Shown piece by piece: positions 59,371 through 64,000 of a DNA stretch of 64,000 bases. Numbering within the stretch: position 1 is the stretch's first letter; every line of letters starts with the position of its first letter. The notes beneath the pieces are model-generated. The model saw only the letters and a list, made by a program, of their open reading frames with translations, did not search any database and was not told where the DNA came from. The position numbers and the translations under genes are program-made. Source of the DNA: Acidobacteriota bacterium (GTDB lineage: Bacteria > Acidobacteriota > UBA890 > WLXD01); contig CAXWPL010000002.1 in NCBI GenBank assembly GCA_963666215.2, positions 256,001-320,000 on the forward strand, read 5' to 3'.

Positions 59371-59542
59371 ACCGAAGTTCGCCACGCAAAGTCGCCGGAA
59401 TCGGCTCGAATGCGGCACTTTGGCGACGATCCGGGGATCAACGAGAACCAGTCAGAATCGCGGGCATTGTGCCGCCGCACCACCCTCGCTCCCACGCCGG
59501 CGACGACCGCAGACCGTGCCGAGGCACGTCCTTCCGGACGTG

Positions 59543-60079
59543 TCAGGGCGTTGCGGCGGCGCCCTCTTCGTTGTCGGCATCGAGCTCCGGGTCGCGCTCA
59601 TCGGAGTCGAGCCAGGGTGGCGACTGCCGCTTGTAGCGGTCGGCGAGAAGTGGGTCGTGGGCACGATGCAGTGGATTGTGGGCGAAACCGCGATGAATCG
59701 CGTCGCAGCCGTAGCAAACGGTGATCTCGGGTACAAAGCGGTAGAGACCGTAGTCGAGCCCCATGCAGACCAACAGGCTCATTCCATAGGTCCATGGCGA
59801 GAGAACCGCACCGATGACCACGATCACGAGACCGACCTTCCGGTTGAAGTCCTTCTGCGCAAACATCCGGTCGTAATCGCACACAGAGCAGTACGGCAAC
59901 GGATTCAGGATCTCGCTGTCGGGGCCAAGGCTGCGCTCGGCGAGGCTGACCGAGTGATCGCAGTGGCCGCAGGCAAGCGTCCTGCCCGATGCGAACTCGT
60001 GGGTGCCCGGTTTCTCACACTTGGGGCAGCGCCAATCGACGGAAAGGTCGTGCTCTGAACTGACGTCGCTTTCGATCAA
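59543..60079 (-). CDS. Zn-ribbon-like membrane protein
   Basis: CPKC, CGHC, CSVC, two TM helices, CYGC; QKDF motif. Confidence 0.75.
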   Translation of the reverse strand: MIESDVSSEHDLSVDWRCPKCEKPGTHEFASGRTLACGHCDHSVSLAERSLGPDSEILNPLPYCSVCDYDRMFAQKDFNRKVGLVIVVIGAVLSPWTYGMSLLVCMGLDYGLYRFVPEITVCYGCDAIHRGFAHNPLHRAHDPLLADRYKRQSPPWLDSDERDPELDADNEEGAAATP

Positions 60080-60131
60080 AGTGATTCCCTGTTCACCGGT
60101 CGGCTCTTTCTATCCGGCTCTTTCCAAAGCA

Positions 60132-60941
60132 CTAGTACGGACGGCCGCTCGCCAGCGACATGAAGATCGTGATCACCTCGCCGAACAGCACGAACACGAT
60201 TGCCGCGTACAGGATACCGGTCGCCGACTGCAGCGATCGGATCTGCACGGTCTTCCACGTCATCCATGCCAGCGCGAGGGGAGAGAGCACGCCGAGCACA
60301 AAGCGCACGAGCACGAACAGCGCGTCGCCCAGCACCAGCGCTCGCATCAGGCCACCTGGGCCCGTGGTCCATTCGCTCCAGTGGAGGGCGACGACCGCGA
60401 AGATCAAGATCAGCTTGACAATCTCGGTCCCCAGGAAGAGCGCGATCACTCGGTTGAGCGGGCCGATGGGCATGCTCGGCTCAACGAGATACCAGTGGGC
60501 CAGAAGCATGGCGAACAGGACCGTGCCCAAGGCTACGGCCGCGCTCGCCAGGCCGGCCCAAAAAATCGCGGCCTCGACCCCGCCGGCGGGCGATCGCAAC
60601 GCTGGATCGAGCGCCAAAGCTGCAACGGCGGCGATCGCGGCGATCGTCAGAGTCGCCTTCGACAAAGAGTTCGGGCGATCGGGGCTCATGCCAACGGCAA
60701 CGCCGAACACCGCGGTCGCGATGACGCAGGCGGCGTAGGCGAGCAGCGCGCCGGTGGATAGAGGCATGGCGCGACCGAGGGCGGTGAGGCGTGGCCCGGC
60801 GCCGAGCCCGATCAGCGCGATCGCGATGAGCGTCGTCAGACGCCAGAAGCCGGGCCCGATCCGCGGGACCGCCACACGCGCGGCGATCATTGTGCCGACG
60901 CCGAAGAAGCCGAGAAGGAGCGAAAGCGCGGCGATGAGCAT
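60132..60941 (-). CDS. Polytopic membrane protein with AMLLAHWYL motif
   Basis: About eight hydrophobic helices; HWYL and QSATGILY motifs. Confidence 0.7.
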   Translation of the reverse strand: MLIAALSLLLGFFGVGTMIAARVAVPRIGPGFWRLTTLIAIALIGLGAGPRLTALGRAMPLSTGALLAYAACVIATAVFGVAVGMSPDRPNSLSKATLTIAAIAAVAALALDPALRSPAGGVEAAIFWAGLASAAVALGTVLFAMLLAHWYLVEPSMPIGPLNRVIALFLGTEIVKLILIFAVVALHWSEWTTGPGGLMRALVLGDALFVLVRFVLGVLSPLALAWMTWKTVQIRSLQSATGILYAAIVFVLFGEVITIFMSLASGRPY

Positions 60942-61139
60942 GCTGGAGGGCGCCTGCGGCCCGCGGGTGGGGGTTGTGGGCGAGGGGTGAGCGGCGACGG
61001 CGCCCGAATCCGGCGGAGGTTAGCATGCTGGTCGGCCTCCCAACTGCGTTTCGAGAGCGCCGACACGACCCGTTCGATTGCTCCCCATTCGCTTCCACGG
61101 AGCTCCTGTTCAGCTCCCCGTTTCATCAGGCATCCGCCC

Positions 61140-61856
61140 TTGCCGTCGATTGCCATCGTCATTCCGGCCTTCAACGAGGCAGAGGCGCTGCCGAGGGTTC
61201 TGGCCGAGATCCCGGCCCGGTTCGGTGCCCGCGTCGTGGTGGTCGACAACGCCAGCGACGATGGCACAGGCGACGTTGCCCGCGCCCACGGTGCCGAGGC
61301 CGTGTTGGAGACCCGGCGCGGCTATGGGTCTGCGTGCTTGGCCGGCATTGCACATGTGGCCGATAGCCCGCCGGATGTGCTGGTTATCCTCGACGCCGAT
61401 CACAGCGACTATCCGGAGGACTTGGAGCTTCTGGTGAGCCCGATCTTCGAGGACAACGCCGATCTCGTTTGCGGCAGTCGCGTTGAGAGGGCCGGATCGG
61501 GCGTGCTCGGACCGCACGTGCGCTGGGGCAACCGTCTCGCAACCGGGATGATCTGGCTGCTGTTCGGCCACCGGTACCAGGACATGGGTCCCTTTCGTGC
61601 GCTGCGCTGGCGCTCGTTGATGCAGCTCGAGATGAGCGATCCGGCCTACGGTTGGAACGCCGAGATGCAGGTGAAGGCGTTGCAGCGCGGCCTGCGCGTG
61701 CTCGAGGTTCCCGTTCGATATAGAACGCGCGTCGGTCGCTCGAAGATCAGCGGCACACTGCGGGGCACGATTGGCGCGGGCAGCGGAATCCTGATGATGA
61801 TCGCGCGGCTGCGCCTGGCCCACGGGGGTTCGTTGGTGAGTGAGTCTTCGACGTGA
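61140..61856 (+). CDS. GT2 glycosyltransferase (DPM1-like)
   Basis: VIPAFNE, VVDNASDD, GYGSA, LDAD, GSR, DMGPFRA, R.GRSKISG. Start inferred (TTG). Confidence 0.88.
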   Translation: MPSIAIVIPAFNEAEALPRVLAEIPARFGARVVVVDNASDDGTGDVARAHGAEAVLETRRGYGSACLAGIAHVADSPPDVLVILDADHSDYPEDLELLVSPIFEDNADLVCGSRVERAGSGVLGPHVRWGNRLATGMIWLLFGHRYQDMGPFRALRWRSLMQLEMSDPAYGWNAEMQVKALQRGLRVLEVPVRYRTRVGRSKISGTLRGTIGAGSGILMMIARLRLAHGGSLVSESST

Positions 61857-63490
61857 CCGAGTCCCGACGCGTTCTGCTGATGATTCTCGATGGCTGGGGG
61901 CATGGCCCAGACGTTCCAGAGCTCGCCAACGCCGTCGCGGCGGCTCGCACGCCCACGCACGATCGTTTGAGGGCGGAGCGCCCGCACGTGCTGCTGCGTT
62001 GCTCTGGCGGTGACGTTGGCCTGCCTGACGGGCAGATGGGTAACTCCGAGGTCGGACACTTGAACCTGGGAGCGGGCCGGGTGGTCCAGCAGGACATCAC
62101 CCGCATCGACGCTTCTATAGAGAGCGGCGAACTGGGCGAGATCGAGGCTTTGCGCGGCCTTCTGAGCCGCACTGCCGCGGCCGGCGGCGCGCTGCATCTG
62201 ATCGGGCTGGTTTCCGACGGTGGTGTGCACAGCCACGTTTCGCACCTGCACGCGCTCCTCGAGGTTGCTTGCGAGTCGGCCGTCGAGCGCGTTCTGATTC
62301 ATGTAATCACCGACGGCCGCGATACGTCGCCGAACGCTGGCGCCGGATTCATCGCCGACCTGGAGAGCTGGTGCAAGCGGCGGTGCGCCGAGATCGCGAC
62401 CGTGACAGGTCGCTACTACGCCATGGATCGTGACAACCGGTGGGAGCGCACCGAGCGCGCCTACCGGTTGATTGTGGAGGGGGACCCACCTCCGAGCGTT
62501 GTCTTCGGCGTGGCCGGGGGAGAGTGCGCCTCTGCCTCTTCGATGTCAAAGCGGCCGAACCAGCTCTATTCCGACGGTGTCACCGACGAGTTCATCGAGC
62601 CCACGCTCTGGGGCGACGGCGGACGTCGCGGCGTCCGTACGGGCGACGGCGTGTTGTTCTTCAATTTCCGCTCCGACCGCATGCGGCAGTTCCTGCGTGC
62701 CATGACAGAGCCCGCTGCCGAATTCGACGGCTTCTCACGCGAGCCGCCGCGCACCGCCGGCTGCGTCACCATGACGCAGTACGCGCCCCACTTTCCGGTG
62801 GACGTTCTGTTCGAGCCGCGCGCGCGCGCCAACGTGCTGGCCGAGTTCATCGCAGCGCAGGGATGCCGGCAGTTCAAGATCGCCGAGACCGAGAAGTACG
62901 CCCACGTCACATACTTCTTCAACGGCGGCGCCGAGCCGCCATGTGATGGCGAGGACCGCGCGATGGTGCCTTCGCCGAAAGTGGCGACCTACGATCTGGC
63001 GCCGCGGATGTCCTGTGAGGGCGTCACCGATCGGCTAATGGTCGCCTTGGAAGATCTCGAGCATCTGGAGAATGCCAACGGTGACGCCTACCGCTTCCTG
63101 CTGGTGAACTACGCCAACCCCGACATGGTCGGCCACACGGGAGACTTCGACGCCGCAGTGGCCGCCGTAGAGGCCACCGACGAGTCACTCGCTCGCGTTC
63201 TGGCGTGCTGCGAGCGCAACGATGTTGTCGCGCTGGTCACCGCCGACCACGGCAATGCCGAGCAGATGCTCGACGCCGCCGGCGGTCCGCACACCGCGCA
63301 CACCACGAACCCTGTGGACTTCCTGCTCGTGGATCCGCGCCGCAGCTGGACCCTGGATGCCCACCGGTGCAACGACTATCGCCTCGCTGATGTGGCTCCG
63401 ACCGTTCTGCGGATCATGGGCTTCGAGCCGCCAGCCGAGATGGACGGCCGTTCGATAGCGGTGCTCGTCAGACGCGACCCCGATGCCTGA
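61853..63490 (+). CDS. gpmI: 2,3-bisphosphoglycerate-independent phosphoglycerate mutase
   Basis: ILDGWG, MGNSEVGH, SDGGVHSH, DGRD, GRYYAMDRD, AETEKYAHVT, NPDMVGHTG, TADHGN, HTAHT. Confidence 0.96.
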   Translation: MTESRRVLLMILDGWGHGPDVPELANAVAAARTPTHDRLRAERPHVLLRCSGGDVGLPDGQMGNSEVGHLNLGAGRVVQQDITRIDASIESGELGEIEALRGLLSRTAAAGGALHLIGLVSDGGVHSHVSHLHALLEVACESAVERVLIHVITDGRDTSPNAGAGFIADLESWCKRRCAEIATVTGRYYAMDRDNRWERTERAYRLIVEGDPPPSVVFGVAGGECASASSMSKRPNQLYSDGVTDEFIEPTLWGDGGRRGVRTGDGVLFFNFRSDRMRQFLRAMTEPAAEFDGFSREPPRTAGCVTMTQYAPHFPVDVLFEPRARANVLAEFIAAQGCRQFKIAETEKYAHVTYFFNGGAEPPCDGEDRAMVPSPKVATYDLAPRMSCEGVTDRLMVALEDLEHLENANGDAYRFLLVNYANPDMVGHTGDFDAAVAAVEATDESLARVLACCERNDVVALVTADHGNAEQMLDAAGGPHTAHTTNPVDFLLVDPRRSWTLDAHRCNDYRLADVAPTVLRIMGFEPPAEMDGRSIAVLVRRDPDA

Positions 63491-64000
63491 CGCGCTCGAG
63501 ATCCTCGGGCGTATTCACGTTGCACAGCAGCTCGTCCGGGTCGCCGAATGCTGCCAGCCGGGCGCCCTCGAGTGCCGCGCAGTCGACATCGTCGAGAAGG
63601 CCCTGCAGGTCGTTGGCGCCGCGATCGAGGCGTTCGCGCAGCTGCGGTAGCACCGCGGCGGAGTAGGCAGCGACGAGCGGGTGCCAACGTCGTTGGCTGC
63701 GTCGGCCCCGCACCGCGCCTGCGCCGGCAGGACCTCCCCGTGGAGTCCGTGGAGTCGGGAGAGTCCGTGATGTCCGCGGCGCGGCGGCGCGGGCGCCACC
63801 ACGGACGTCGTCCACTAACTGCCGTAGCAGCGGCGCGGTTACCAGCGGCAGGTCGACCGCGCAAACCACCACAATCGCGGCTCCCCCAGCCGTCTGCCCT
63901 GCGGCGGCCTCGGCGAGCGCGACCTCCAAGCCGGCGGCCGGCCCGGCTTGCCGAGTATCGCGAAGAACGGGCCAGTCGAGCCATGCGAGACCAGTGCCGC
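63468..64000 (-). CDS. mobA: Molybdenum cofactor guanylyltransferase-like protein (partial, start beyond window)
   Basis: D....GPAAGL, CAVDLP, HPLVAAY, NVNTPEDL. Confidence 0.8.
   Translation of the reverse strand, partial: GTGLAWLDWPVLRDTRQAGPAAGLEVALAEAAAGQTAGGAAIVVVCAVDLPLVTAPLLRQLVDDVRGGARAAAPRTSRTLPTPRTPRGGPAGAGAVRGRRSQRRWHPLVAAYSAAVLPQLRERLDRGANDLQGLLDDVDCAALEGARLAAFGDPDELLCNVNTPEDLERVRHRGRV

Noticed and set aside
59381-59426. RegA/PrrA-like GCGGC..TT..CG sites upstream of the bc promoter
   Set aside because: Consensus is short, GC-rich and imperfectly matched; not distinguishable from chance.
62520-62560. Odd segment in gpmI (SASSMSKRPNQ)
   Set aside because: Falls in a variable loop and may be a compensated pair of sequencing indels; no biological claim supportable.
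63738-63770. Short 9-bp degenerate repeats in mobA
   Set aside because: Low-complexity loop insertion; too short to support a functional repeat.
1-64000. Many long antisense or alternate-frame ORFs (e.g. 26079-28223, 53628-55652, 55964-57616, 45905-47419)
   Set aside because: They shadow well-supported genes, are Arg/Ala/Pro-rich without motifs, and are expected at high GC.

Overview
High-GC bacterial chromosomal window, densely coding. Gene content (TPR/CRTAC1-ASPIC proteins, paired MacB-type permeases, split Rieske/cytochrome b complex with a giant multiheme cytochrome c) suggests Acidobacteriota or a similar lineage; this is an inference. Order: 2-oxoacid dehydrogenase operon (E1a partial, E1b, E2, E3), recD2, MBL hydrolase, glutaredoxin-thioredoxin reductase fusion, TPR/CRTAC1 cluster, SDR, two PagL-like barrels, CPBP protease, NhaC-family transporter, thioesterase, peptidoglycan-salvage cluster (namZ / nagZ-amidase fusion / murQ / Na+:solute symporter), DUF4097 lipoprotein, a long minus-strand run (MacAB-TolC, glycoside hydrolase, YbdK-type ligase), HtrA-like protease, NlpC/P60-like protein, hutUI, a respiratory cluster (HEAT protein, Rieske, cyt b6-like, subunit IV, octaheme cyt c, cupredoxin-like lipoprotein, ctaA, ctaB, DUF420), a glycosyltransferase, gpmI and partial mobA. 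No rRNA, tRNA, CRISPR or mobile element was recognised. Best leads: (1) E1a and E1b have both lost ThDP-binding/catalytic residues while E2 and E3 keep theirs, suggesting a pseudo-E1 complex; (2) the Grx-TrxR fusion; (3) the Rieske/cyt b-octaheme-cupredoxin chain with candidate assembly factors; (4) a symporter-based MurNAc salvage route. Several frameshifts, one in-frame TAG and two exact tandem duplications suggest an error-prone assembly, so single-base observations need read-level checks. All family calls are from motif recognition by eye; no searches were run.
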